Of a DNA stretch of 64,000 nucleotides, positions 18,685 to 34,913 are shown piece by piece; within the stretch, counting starts at the first letter, position 1; each line of letters begins with the position of its first letter. The stretch is taken from assembly GCF_009914755.1 (NCBI RefSeq), contig NC_060929.1; one strand, 5' to 3'. Made by a program: the position numbers and the translations under genes. The notes under the pieces are model-generated. The model was not told where the DNA came from. It searched no databases and was given only the letters and a program-made list of their open reading frames with translations. The stretch comes from the human T2T-CHM13v2.0 reference genome, Homo sapiens.

Positions 18685-19049
18685 TGTATTAGAGTTCTTC
18701 AAAGAAATATAACCAATAGGATATATATCAAGAAAGATTTATTTTAAGGAATTGGCTCACGTGCTTGTGATGGTCTGGCAAATCCAAAATCTGTAGGCCA
18801 GACCAGCAGGCGAGAAATTCTAGCAGGGTTTCTTTGTGGCAGTCTTGAAGCAAAATTTCTTTTTCTGCAGGAAACTTCACTCTTTGTTCTTATAGCATTC
18901 AGCTGATTGGATGAAGCAGGCTATGGAGGGTAATCAGCAACACTTAAAGTCCACTGATCATAAATGTTAACCACATCTGAAAAATACCTCTACAGCAACA
19001 TCCAGACTACTATTTGACCACACATGTGGGCACCGTAGCTAAGCCATGT
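18685..19049 (-). mobile_element. MLT2 (ERVL) solo LTR
   Basis: tgtattagagttcttcaaagaaat...gatttattttaaggaattggctcac...gttgacacat...tcaca. Confidence 0.75.
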
Positions 19050-19454
19050 TGACACATTATATATTCACAGATAGTATATGGACAAGTAATTGTGTACAAC
19101 TGATTTGAAATGAGATATTAATAAACTTTTTGAAACAGTTATATACAATACTTCTTTCTACATGTACTTGAAAAAAGATAACTAAAGTATTAATTCTAAG
19201 ATATCAAGCAGATTACTGCAAATAATAATTCCAAGTCTATTTAAGATAGAATAAAGGTGTTAATTAAGTAATAGTACAAGTGGTATGTGGCAAAAAGTTG
19301 GAGATGGTGCTAAAATGACTGGATTTTGAAAAACCTTGGCCTAACACCTGTACCCTTACAAAGAAAAATATCCTTTAATAATGAAACTAACAGATACTTT
19401 CCCAGGAGTGAATTTTGATGAATGAAAGCTGTATGCTAAGGATAGCATAGCAGA

Positions 19455-19765
19455 GTATCTTAGTTCATTCTAGCTTCTGTAACAAAATGCCATAAATTGT
19501 GTGACTTATAAATAAGAGAAATTTATTTGTTATAATTCTGGAGGCTGAAAACTTCAATAGTAAGACCCCAGAAGATTCAGTGTATTATGAGGGCACATTT
19601 TCTGGTTCATGGTTGGCAACTTTTCATTGTGTCCTTACACAGTGGAAGGAACTAGCTAGGTCTCTGTATTCTCTTTTTATAAGAGCATTAATGTAATTCA
19701 TGAAGGCCCCACCCTCATGATGTAATCACTCACAGAATCTTCACATACTGATACCATCAATTCTT
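19455..19765 (-). mobile_element. MLT1A-like LTR fragment
   Basis: tcttagttcattctagcttctgtaacaaaatgccataaa...ttctggaggctg. Confidence 0.7.
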
Positions 19766-19901
19766 ATCACATATTTTGTTTTTAGTTTTGTTTTTCTCAT
19801 AGCTGTTCTTTTCTTTCTAGTTTTAGGTCAAGGAAAAATACATGAGAAAAAATAGTTTTAAATGAGACACATCATTTAAGATTACAGTAGGAAATAAATA
19901 C

Positions 19902-20246
19902 TGATATGGTTTGGCTGTGTCCCCATCCGAATCTCATCTTGAATTCCCATGTGTTGTGGGAAGGACCAGATGGGAGGTGATTAAATCATGGAAGCTGGTC
20001 TTTTCCATGCTGTTCTCATGATAATGAATGAATCTCACAAAATCCAATGGTTTTAAAAGGGGGAGTTGCCCCATACAAGCTCTCTCTTTGCCTGCCACCA
20101 TCCATGTAAGATGTAACTTACTCCTCCTTGCCTTCTGCCATGATTGTGAGGCCTCCCCAGCCATGTGAAACTGTAAATCCATTAAACCTCTTTTTTTCCC
20201 AGTCTCGGGTGTGTCTTTATCAGCAGTGTGAAAACGGACTAATACA
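19902..20246 (+). mobile_element. THE1 solo LTR
   Basis: tgatatggtttggctgtgtcccc ... aaaacggactaataca; poly(A)-signal variant attaaa. Confidence 0.9.
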
Positions 20247-21016
20247 GATGCTGAGAAGCAGTGGGCTAATTGCAGGAGGTTCATGATGTTCGAGTGAATG
20301 TTATTGACTGGTCACATAATGAGCAATACTTGGGTGGAAGCACGGACTATTCAACCACAGTTATAGAAGAGAAGACAGAGTAAAAACATGATGATGCAAG
20401 TCAGTGTGCAGAGTTGGAGGTGCAAAGATAACATCATTTCTTAGGATTGCTCAGATTTTCTTGGGAAAAGTAGAGATAAAATCAGCAAAGAGTTAAGATG
20501 AGGGAGAGTTAGTCTAGACCTTTGAGATGGGATGAAATGGGCAAATAGTTTTCTTGGAAGTAGAAGAATGAGTGGACACTGCCTTTACCTCTGTAACTGT
20601 GGTTACGTAGTTCATGCCCTTATTCAAGTCTTGCCCATCCTGTGACCAATGGATACCATCCACTCTGACATCAAGAATCAAACTAGACCATTGCTCCTCA
20701 GCATGTTCAATGTCTTCTTCTCTACTGGGTAATGGTTTTGCTAGACAATCCTGAGGACCACTTAAGATTTATGATCATAAATTTAAAATGAGAGCAATAA
20801 TTGGATGTTTTTATCTAACCACATTCAGCTAGTTGGGGGCAAGTAGCTAGTGGATAGAAATTTGGATTTAAAGAGGTCAGTCTTTTGCTGAATGAGTACA
20901 ATTGATGGAGAGAAAAGCAAGGGAGTTAGATGCTCCTGTACTTCCAATTCTCGTAGCTAATCATCACCAATCCTTCCTGCTACCCTGGCAACCCACTGCT
21001 TGTATGCATGCACAGA

Positions 21017-21038
21017 CACACACACACACACACACACA
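21017..21038. repeat. (CA)n microsatellite
   Basis: About 11 CA units. Confidence 0.9.
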
Positions 21039-22008
21039 TCAGATAAACATAGCATTTACATGTCATATGAATATTCATAAGTTTGCTGCATACTCAAGTA
21101 TACTATGTACAAGCATCTTTAAGTTTTTAAACCATGTTAAGTTGAACTCACAAAGGAGACGATACAGCATATGTTGACAAATCAAAGTAGCTTTTGATCA
21201 GCTCATGGAAACCTTAGATACTAGGTAACATATGAATTCAAGCATCCAAACATGACGCCTTGTGAATAATTTCTGATGCAAAAATTATAACAAAACCCTG
21301 CTACTATTAAGAATTGAAACATTAGTCAACCCAATTTAATGTGAGGTTAAGAAATATATAAATAAGTATGTTTTGATAGAAGAATATAAACTATAAATTT
21401 TAGAAGCTGATACAGCATGTGTGGTGTAAACACAATTTGAGCACTGCACATAGTTGCTAATGCTACAATATTATTCCCAAATTCTGATTAGTTTTTCACT
21501 TACTTAAATCATTCATGATCATTATGTTTTACTTAATTTATTTGAGAAAAAAGAAAGATGTGATGTGAATATTTTAGCATTACTAGGAAAAACAAAGTAA
21601 CAATTTAGTCTTTCAAGTGCCTGTTTATTGGTACTAACTTACACAAGTAGGAAAATCAAAGAATAACATCTGTTGAAATATCTCCCAATTTATATTTCCT
21701 CTTTGTGAAGTTGCTTCCCCGCTCCATACTCCCTGCCTGTGATCTGGATATCAAGAAAAAGAGAGAATACAACTAAGAAAGGACATATTGACTTAAGGCA
21801 ATTGCTGGCACACAAGAAGAGAATAGAGAGGTACCCCTTGAGGTCCCAAGAAGAAAAGATGATGGTGAAAGAGGTCGACCCATGTTCTTATTTTTCCTTT
21901 CTGGAAAAATCCTAATGGGCATGGTGAATCTTGAGAACAGGAGAGAGGGAGAGAGGATAGTGACACATTTTATCCAGGATACCCTGGGAAGGCTGTAAGT
22001 CTCTAGAG

Positions 22009-22222
22009 CAGGAGTCAGCCAATGTCTATGAAGGGTCAGATAATAATTTTAGGCTTTGTGGCCCAGGTGGTCTCTGTCACAACTACTCAAACTTTGTCCT
22101 CCTAGCACAAAAGCAGCCATAGATAACATATAAATGAATGTGTGGCTGTGTTCAAATATAATACTTTTTCACATCAGGTGGCAGGCAGATTTGGTCTCTA
22201 GGCTGTAGTTTGCATACCCCTG
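22009..22222 (+). mobile_element. MER58A-like hAT-Charlie MITE
   Basis: caggagtcagccaa ... tttgcatacccctg termini; ctctagag/ttctaaca flanks resemble an 8-bp hAT target site. Confidence 0.75.
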
Positions 22223-24561
22223 TTCTAACAGAAGACTTTTATGTGGCCACGTTCAACATGACATGTCAGGAATCATACAGGGTTGGCAGCAGGAAATGGT
22301 TAGAGAGATAGCCTAAGGTTGCCCTCTCCTCTGGCTCCCTTCCAATTGTGGGGACCCTAAAGAGGTTTAAATAGTTTTCTTAAACCCTCCTAAAGAGATA
22401 CAGTGGACCTTCGGAAGAATATAGGATTGGGATAAAGAGAATGCTCTGAGTACCTATTTTCTTATCGATGGCAAAAGGTGGTGTCCATATATTTCAATAG
22501 TAGATGTCAGCACAATGCCCAAGCATCCATTGACCCAGCACAGCAATCACTAGTTCAAATAATCTATATAACTAGTCACACCAACAGCAGAGGTCAAAGA
22601 AAATCACTGGATTCCACAGAATTTGTATCCTGATACCACTATGGAGACATGTAAACCCCATATCATATTACCAGAAGGCATGTTGGCAAACAGCTGAGGA
22701 TGACAGAAAAAACATTTGAGAAATTAAGTCATCCCAAAAAGAATTAAGTTTCCAAGTTAACTGGAATAAAAGGACTTAAATTGCTGTATTTGAAGAGTTT
22801 ACTGTATTGCAAATGAACATAGTAAGGTGTGGATGGGAGGACATGGGGACTCTGTTCCATCCTACAATGTCAAGGCATTGAAAAGATCATATAAATTATA
22901 GGATGTAAAGAAACCTTTTTATTTGAATAGATAAGTATCGAAAATAAATATTTAACCCTACTATACATGATTTCACATAGAATATTTCTTGTTTCTAGAA
23001 AACTAATTTTGTGAAGAAAAGATGTTAGTTCAGAGGCTATACTGACAATTGTGTATCCTTCCTATATATCAAGATAGAAAAAATATCCCAATGCAATTTT
23101 CACCTTTAAGTCAAAGATTGTTACATGGCTTGAATTCTAATGGGAAGAGAAAAATCAAACAAATAGTATGGTCCCACAGAAAAAAAAAATTTTTAAATTA
23201 TACTTTAAATTCTAGGGTACATGTGCACAATATGCAGATTTGTTACATAGGTATACATGTGCCATGTTGGTTTGCTGCACCCATCAACTCATCATTTACA
23301 TTAGGTATTTCTCCTAATGCTATCCCTCCACCAGCCCCCCACCCCCCAGCCAGCCCTGGTGTGTGATGTTCCCTGCCCTGTGTCCACATGTTCTCATTGT
23401 TCAACTCCCACCTATAAGTGAGAGCATGCAGTGTTTGGTTTTCTGTCCTTGTGATAGTTTGCTTAGAATGATGGTTTCCAGCTTCATCCACGTCCCTGCA
23501 AAGGACATGCACTTTCCTTTTTTATGGCTGCATAATATTTCATGGTGTATAAGTGCCACATTTTCTTAATCCAGTGTATCACTGATGGACACTTGGGTTG
23601 GTTCCAAGTCTTTGCTATTGTGAATAGTGCCGCAGTAAACATATGTGTGCATGTGTCTTTATCATAGAATGCTTTATAACCCTTTGGGTATATCCCAGTA
23701 ATGGGATTGCTGGGCCAAATGGTATTTCTAGTTCTAGATCCTTGAGGAATTGCCACAATGTCTTCCACAATGGTTGAACTAATTTACACTCCCACCAACA
23801 GTGTAAAAGTGTTCATATTTCTCCACATCCTCTCTAGCACCTGTTGTATCCTGACTTTTTAATGATCGCCATTCTAACTGGCATGAGATGATATCTCACT
23901 GTGGTTTTGATTTGCATTTATCTGATGACCAGTGATGATGAGCATTTTTGTATGTCTGTTGGCTGCATAAATATCTTCCTTTGAAATGTGTCTGTTCATA
24001 TTCTTTGCCCACTTTTTGATGGGGTTGTTTGTTTTTTTCTTGTAAATTTGTTAAGTTCTCCGTAGATTCTGGATATTAGCCTTTTGTCGGATTGGTAGAT
24101 TGCAAAAATTTTCTCCCATTCTGTAGGTTGCCTGTTCACTCTGATGATAGTTTCATCTGCTATGCAGAAGCTCTTTAGTTTAAGTAGATCCCATTTGTCA
24201 ATTTTGGCTTTTGTTGCCATTGTTTTTGGTGTTTTACTCAGAAGGCTTTGCCCATGCCTATGTCCTGAATGGTATTGCTTTGCTTTTCTTCTAGGGTTTT
24301 TATGGTGTTAGGTCTTACATTTAAGTCTTTAATCCATCTTGAGTTAATTTTTGTATACAGTGTAAGGAAGGGATCCAGTTTCATCTTTCTACATATGGCT
24401 AGCCAGTTTTCCCAACACTATTCATTAAAGAGGGAATCCTTTCTCCATTGCTTGTTTCTCTCAGGTTTGCAAAAGATCAGATGATTGTAGATACGTGGTG
24501 TTATTTCTGAAGCCGCTCTTCCGTACCATTAGTCTATATATCTTTTTTGGTACCAGTATCA

Positions 24562-24762
<201 letters not shown>

Positions 24763-25567
24763 TTAATGGGGGTAGCATTGAATCTATAAATTACTTTGGG
24801 CAGTATGGTCATTTTCATGATAATCATTCTTCTTATCCATGAGCATGGAATGTTCTTCCATTTGTTTGTGTCCTCTTTTATTTCATTGAGCAGGGGTTTG
24901 TAGTTCTCCTTGAAGAGGTCCTTCACATCCCTTGTAAGTTGGATTCCTAGGTATTTTATTCTCTTTGTAGTAATTGTGAATGGGAGTTCACTCATGATTT
25001 GGCTCTCTGTTTGTCTACTATTGGTGTATAGGAATGCTTGTGATTTTTGCACATTGATTTTGTATCCTGAGACTTTGCTGAAGTTTCTTATCTGCTTAAG
25101 GAGATTTTGGGCTGAGATGATAGGGTTTTCTAAATATACAATCATGTCATCTGCAAACAGAGACAATTTGACTTCCTCTCTTCCTACTTGAATATGCTTT
25201 ATTTCTTTCTCTTGCTTGATTGCCCTTGCCAGAACTTCCAACACTATGTTGAATAGGAGTGGTGAGAGAGGGCATCTTTGTCTTGTGCTGGTTTTCAAAG
25301 GGAATGCTTCCAGTTTTTGCCCATTCAATATGATATTGGCTGTGAGTTTGTCATAAATAGCTCTTATTATTTTCATTCTTTATCCAATTTGCCAGTCTGT
25401 GTCTTTTAATTGGGGCATTTAGCCCATTTACATTTAAGTTTAATGTTGTTATGTGTGAATTTGATCCTGACATTATGATGCTAGCTGGTTATTTTGCCCA
25501 TTAGTTGATGCAGTTTCTTCATAATGTCAATGATCTTTACATTTTGATAAATTTTTGCAGTGGCAGT

Positions 25568-26471
25568 GGGAGGAGCCAAGATGGCCGAATAGGAACAGCT
25601 CCGGTCTACAGCTCCCAGCGTGAGCGACGCAGAAGACGGGTGATTTCTGCATTTCCATCTGAGGTACCGGGTTCATCTCACTAGGGAGTGCCAGACAGTG
25701 GGCGCAGGCCAGTGTGTGTGCGCACCGTGCGCGAGCCGAAGCAGGGCGAGGCATTGCCTCACCTGGGAAGCGCAAGGGGTCAGGGAGTTCCCTTTCCGAG
25801 TCAAAGAAAGGGGTGACGGACGCACCTGGAAAATCGGGTCACTCCCACCCGAATATTGCGCTTTTCAGACCGGCTTAAAAAACGGCGCACCACGAGACTA
25901 TATCCCACACCTGGCTCAGAGGGTCCTACGCCCACGGAATCTCGCTGATTGCTAGCACAGCAGTCTGAGATCAAACTGCAAGGCAGCAACCAGGCTGGGG
26001 GAGGGGCGCCCGCCATTGCCCAGGCTTGCTTAGGTAAATAAAGCAGCCGGGAAGCTCCAACTGGGTGGAGCCCACCACAGCTCAAGGAGGCCTGCCTGCC
26101 TCTGTAGGCTCCACCTCTGGGGGCAGGGCACAGACAAACAAAAAGACAGCAGTAACCTCTGCAGACTTAAGTGTCCCTGTCCGACAGCTTTGAAGAGAGC
26201 AGTGGTTCTCCCAGCACGCAGCTGGAGATCTGAGAACGGGCAGACTGCCTCCTCAAGTGGGTCCCTGACCCCTGATCCCCGAGCAGCCTAACTGGGAGGC
26301 ACCCCCCAGCAGGGGCACACTGACACCTCACACGGCAGGGTATTCCAACAGACCTGCAGCTGAGGGTCCTGTCTGTTAGAAGGAAAACTAACAACCAGAA
26401 AGGACATCTACACTGAAAAACCATCTGTACATCACCATCATCAAAGACCAAAAGTAGATAAAACCACAAAG
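25568..26471 (+). promoter_or_regulatory. L1HS 5'UTR internal sense promoter (YY1 site caagatggccg at 25577-25587) and antisense promoter region
   Basis: Standard L1HS 5'UTR sequence, CpG-rich; promoter function is from established L1 biology. Confidence 0.8.
25801..26016 (-). CDS. ORF0: L1 ORF0, 71 aa, open
   Basis: ATG at 26016; MAGAPPPAWLLPCSLISDCCASNQRDSVGVGPSEPG...RCVRHPFL matches primate L1 antisense ORF0. Confidence 0.8.
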   Translation of the reverse strand: MAGAPPPAWLLPCSLISDCCASNQRDSVGVGPSEPGVGYSLVVRRFLSRSEKRNIRVGVTRFSRCVRHPFL

Positions 26472-27488
26472 ATGGGGAAAAAACAGAACAGAAAAACTGG
26501 AAACTCTAAAACACAGAGCACCTCTCCTCGTCCAAAGGAACGCAGTTCCTCACCAGCAACAGAACAAAGCTGGATGGAGAATGATTTTGACGAGCTGAGA
26601 GAAGAAGGCTTCAGACGATCAAATTACTCTGAGCTACGGGAGGACATTCAAACCAAAGGCAAAGAAGTTGAAAACTTTGAAAAAAATTTAGAAGAATGTA
26701 TAACTAGAATAACCAATACAGAGAAGTGCTTAAAGGAGCTGATGGAGCTGAAAACCAAGGCTCGAGAACTACGTGAAGAATGCAGAAGCCTCAGGAGCCG
26801 ATGCGATCAACTGGAAGAAAGGGTATCAGCAATGGAAGATGAAATGAATGAAATGAAGCGAGAAGGGAAGTTTAGAGAAAAAAGAATAAAAAGAAATGAG
26901 CAAAGCCTCCAAGAAATATGGGACTATGTGAAAAGACCAAATCTACGTCTGATTGGTGTACCTGAAAGTGATGTGGAGAATGGAACCAAGTTGGAAAACA
27001 CTCTGCAGGATATTATCCAGGAGAACTTCCCCAATCTAGCAAGGCAGGCCAACGTTCAGATTCAGGAAATACAGAGAACGCCACAAAGATACTCCTCGAG
27101 AAGAGCAACTCCAAGACACATAATTGTCAGATTCACCAAAGTTGAAATGAAGGAAAAAATGTTAAGGGCAGCCAGAGAGAAAGGTCGGGTTACCCTCAAA
27201 GGAAAGCCCATCAGACTAACAGCGGATCTCTCGGCAGAAACCCTACAAGCCAGAAGAGAGTGGGGGCCAATATTCAACATTCTTAAAGAAAAGAATTTTC
27301 AACCCAGAATTTCATATCCAGCCAAACTAAGCTTCATAAGTGAAGGAGAAATAAAATACTTTATAGACAAACAAATGCTGAGAGATTTTGTCACCACCAG
27401 GCCTGCCCTAAAAGAGCTCCTGAAGGAAGCGCTAAATATGGAAAGGAACAACCGGTACCAGCCGCTGCAAAATCATGCCAAAATGTAA
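26472..27488 (+). CDS. ORF1: L1 ORF1p RNA-binding protein/chaperone, intact 338 aa
   Basis: MGKKQNRKTGNSK...; coiled coil; REKG, ARR and YPAKLS motifs; canonical length. Confidence 0.95.
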   Translation: MGKKQNRKTGNSKTQSTSPRPKERSSSPATEQSWMENDFDELREEGFRRSNYSELREDIQTKGKEVENFEKNLEECITRITNTEKCLKELMELKTKARELREECRSLRSRCDQLEERVSAMEDEMNEMKREGKFREKRIKRNEQSLQEIWDYVKRPNLRLIGVPESDVENGTKLENTLQDIIQENFPNLARQANVQIQEIQRTPQRYSSRRATPRHIIVRFTKVEMKEKMLRAAREKGRVTLKGKPIRLTADLSAETLQARREWGPIFNILKEKNFQPRISYPAKLSFISEGEIKYFIDKQMLRDFVTTRPALKELLKEALNMERNNRYQPLQNHAKM

Positions 27489-27527
27489 AGACCATCAAGA
27501 CTAGGAAGAAACTGCATCAACTAATGA

Positions 27528-30673
<3,146 letters not shown>

Positions 30674-30887
30674 ACAATGAGATCACATGGACACAGGAAG
30701 GGGAATATCACACTCTGGGGACTGTGGTGGGGTCGGGGGAGGGGGTAGGGATAGCATTGGGAGATATACCTAATGCTAGATGACACGTTAGTGGGTGCAG
30801 CGCACCAGCATGGCACATGTATACATATGTAACTAACCTGCACAATGTGCACATGTACCCTAAAACTTAGAGTATAATTAAAAAAAA

Positions 30888-30932
<45 letters not shown>

Positions 30933-32020
30933 GCAGTGGCTAATACCGGTTGTTTCTTTCCATGTTTAGTGCTTCCTTCAGGAGCTCTTGTAAGGCAGGC
31001 CTGGTGGTGACAAAATCTCTCAGCATTTGCTTGTCTGTAAAGGATTTTATTTCTCCTTCACTTATGAAGCTTAGTTTGGCTGGATATGAGATTCTGGGTT
31101 GAAAATTCTTTACTTTAAGAATGTTGAATATTGGCCCCTACTCTCTTCTGGCTTGTAGGGTTTCTGCAGAGAGATCTGCTGTTAGTCTGATGGGCTTCCC
31201 TTTGTGGGTAACCCGACCTTTCTCTGTGGCTGCCCTTAACATTTTTTCCTTTATTTTACCCTTGGTGAATCTGAAAATTATGTGTCTTGGGGTTGCTCTT
31301 CTCGAGGAGTATCTTTGTGGTGTTCTCTGTATTTCCTGAATTTGAATGTTGGCCTGCCTTTCTAGGTTAGGGAAGTTCTCCTGGATGATATCCTGCAGAG
31401 TGTTTTCTAACTTGGTTCCATTATCCGTGTCACTTTGCGGTACACCAGTCAAATGTAGATTTGGTATTTTCACATAATCCCATATTTCTCAGAGCCTTTG
31501 TTCATTTCTTTTCACTCTTTTGTTCTCTAATCTTGTCTTCTCACTTTATTTTATTAATTTGGATATCAATCATTGATATCCTTTCTTCCACTTGATCGAA
31601 TTGGCTATTAAAGCTTGTGCGTCTCGAAGTTCTTGTGCCATGGTTTTCAGCTCCATCAGGTGATTTAAGGTCTTCTCTACACTGTTTATTCTAGTTGGCC
31701 ATTCATCTAACGTCTTTTCAAGGTTTTAGCTTCCTTGTGATGGGTTAGAACATGCTCCTTTAGCTTCGAGAAGTTTGTTATTACCGACCTTCTGAAGCCT
31801 ACTTTTGTCAATTTCTCAATCTCATTCTCCATCCAGTTTTGTTCCCTTGCTGGTGAGGAGCTGCAATCCTTTGGAGGAGAAGAGGTGCTCTGTTTTTTGG
31901 AATTTTCAGCTTTTCTGCTCTGGTTTCTCCCCATCTTTGTGGTTTTATCTACCTTTGGTCTTTGATGTTGGTGACCTACAGATGGGGTTTTGGTGTGGAT
32001 ATCCTTTTTGTTGATGTTGA

Positions 32021-32222
32021 TGTCCTGCTTCAGCTCGCCCTCTGTGGGCTGCACCCACTGTTCAACCAGTACCAGTGAGATGAACCAGGTACCTCAGTTG
32101 GAAATACAGAAATCACCCGTCTTCGGCATCGATCATGCTGGGAGCTGCAGACCAGAGCTGTTCCTACTCAGCCATCTTGGAAGCGACTAGAAAAATGTGC
32201 TAAAAATTCAAATACCTGGTTT
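32021..32222 (-). repeat. ~200-bp direct copy of 32992-33193 (L1 5' end plus flanking DNA)
   Basis: Alignment by eye shows about 16 substitutions in ~200 bp and no indels. Confidence 0.9.
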
Positions 32223-34913
32223 CCTTCTGTTGGTTAGTTTTCCTTCTAACAGTCAGACCCCTCAGGTGCAGGTCTGTTGGAGTTTGTTGTAGGTCCACTC
32301 CAGACCCTGTTTGCCCGGGTATATCACCAGAGGAGTCTGCAGAACAGCAAATATTGCTGCCTGATCCTTCCTCTGGAAGCTTCATCCCAGAGGGGCACCC
32401 ACCTGTTTGAGATGTCTGTCGGCCCCTACTTGGAGGTATTTCCCAGTCAGGCTACCCAGGGGTCAGTCATCCACTTGAGGAGGCAGTCTATCCATTTTTG
32501 GAGCTCGAACGCCATGCTGAGAGAACCACTGCTCTCTTCAGCGCTGTCAGACAGGGATGTTTAAGTCTGCAGAAGCTGTCTGCTGCCTTTTGTTCTACTA
32601 TGCCCTGATCCCAGAGGTGGAATCTATAGAGGCAGTAGGCCTTGCTGAGCTGCCGCGGACTCCACTCAGTTCGTGCTTCCAGACCTCTTTGTTTACACTG
32701 TGAGCTACTCAAGCCTCAGCAATGGCAGACACCCCTCCCCGTGTCCAGCTGCAGTGTCACAGGTGGATCTCAGACTGCTGCGCTAGCAGTGAGCAAGGCT
32801 GCGTGGGTGTGGGACCTGCTGAGCCAGGCACGAGAGGGGATCCCCTGGTCTGCCAGTTGCTAATACAGTGGGAATAGTGCAGTATTTGGTCAGGAGTGTA
32901 CCATTTCTCCAGATACAGTTTGTCATTCCTTCTCTTGGCTAGGAAAGGGAAATCCCCCGACCCCTTGCGCTTCCTGAGTGAGGCGACACCCTGTCTTGCT
33001 TCAGCTCGCCCTCTGTGGACTGCACCCACTGTTCAACCAGGACCAGTGAGATAAACCAGGTACCTCAGTTGGAAATGCAGAAATCACTCGTCTTCTGCAT
33101 TGATCACACTGGTAGCTGCAGACCGGAGCTGTTCCTATTCAGCCATCTTGGAAGCGACTAGAAAAATGTTCTAAAAATTCAAACAGCTGGTTTTACTTGT
33201 AAGGTTAGAAATTTGCTTTACTTTACCTTAATATTAGTTTGTCTACTTCCAAATTTCAAATAATGAAATGCCAACTTGTGAATACTACCAATGACTAAAC
33301 AGTTTTTAAGTATGTGACTTTAATCCAAACAGTGATAAACAGACAGAAATTTTGACTTGGTAACAGTAGCTTTTCCATCCTAGGTAGACTTGTTCTGCCT
33401 TTAGATTAAGAAACCCTGAAGACTATCCCATGTCATCTTTGTATCACAGTGGTGGTGGTTGGAAACAAAACACAGAGTTGATCCATGTTATTCTAAAGGC
33501 AACTTTCCTCTAGCTGTTTATTGTAGTCACATGCCAGTTTCTAAAATAGTATAACCAAAGACAGAAATTGAGCTCCATTTTCCCAGGTGACTCTTCCAAA
33601 ATATCAGTGACAGGTAAGTACAAGAGTCTGGCATTATGGCAGTAGTTTAGAATTAAAATTTTGGTTTTTTTTTCATTAGTTCTAAAGCATTTCTATTAGG
33701 ATACTTCTTTAAAGCCTCAGTCAATGAGGTGAAAAGCCTTTCCAGAAACCCCATGACTATTATTATGTTACTACAATAAAGCTTTTGCAAAGGTCCCTGC
33801 AATTTTTTTACATTAATAGATGCCTCATTCTTGAAAACAGAGATTCTCACTCAGAATATTGTGAAAAATGGAAAGAATAGATCCTCAAAGTTACATGTAA
33901 CTAACAGTATGTGAAAAAGCAGGGTTGAATGTTCAAAACAAAGTGGTAAATCAGATATTAAGAAGTAATACCATATTTAATTATAAAAATCTATATTTTT
34001 CCTGATAATTTCTCTCTAATTGAAGGGTAAGTAAGAGGTATACAAGCATCCAGGTTCTGATCTATGGATACTTTCAACATATTCATTAAATCTTACCACT
34101 GAATGAAGAATAATGACTGTATTTAAGAATTCCTTCTAATTAATGATATAGTTAATTAAAAATAAAAGAGCACTCTTGAGACCTCTATTTCCTAATATTT
34201 ATTCCTTTTAACTATCTAATTCCACACAGTAAAATGTGTCTAATCATGAGGAAAAAAGATCAATCATCAAAACTTTCTTTTTAAGTTTTGAACTTGGAAT
34301 TTTCAAGCAACATTTTTTGTGAGATAAATAAAAACAAGTCAATGTACTTATACTTGTTAGAGTTTATCCTTTTCTACTGTCAAGGAGATAAGTAGATCTG
34401 TACTATTTCGCTTCTAAGAGAGTTTTTCAAGGAAGGAAAACAAAATATTCTTGAAGTTAAGACTTTTTTCTGATTTTTGAGAAATATTAGTATAATGAAG
34501 AGAATATTTTAAGTGTGATTAGTGGGGACAGAAAGAACCAAAGTTTTTAGAGGATTATGACCCTTGATACTGGGAAATAGGCAATTGGGAAGTAAATCAA
34601 AAGAAAAGGAGAAAAATCTAATGCAGTCATTTTTTTTCTGAGACAGCAACCTTGCAGAGTTTCTCTAGGGATGTTTCACAATTTCCCAGCTCTTCATATT
34701 TGCCAGTGGCAATAAAAGCCAAAAGAATGGATTGAGAGCATGAGGAAGGAGTCAATCGTAGATTAGAGGAAGGTGAAGAGATGTCTAGTAGAGAAAGTAG
34801 CATTCACATTTCTATGATGAATTCCCTGCAGGGGCAATGCTGGCCTAGATGTCTTTGATACCGATATAACCTAATTTCTAAGTTATTTTATGAAGAAAAG
34901 TAAAAGTTACAAA

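Noticed and set aside
21700-22800. Purine-rich stretch that might be an ancient LTR or exon
   Set aside because: No recognisable termini, ORF or splice pair; cannot assign without a database search
34020-34036. Isolated splice-donor-like motifs (also 53701-53710 and minus strand ~50786-50797)
   Set aside because: No convincing paired acceptor or reading frame; expected by chance
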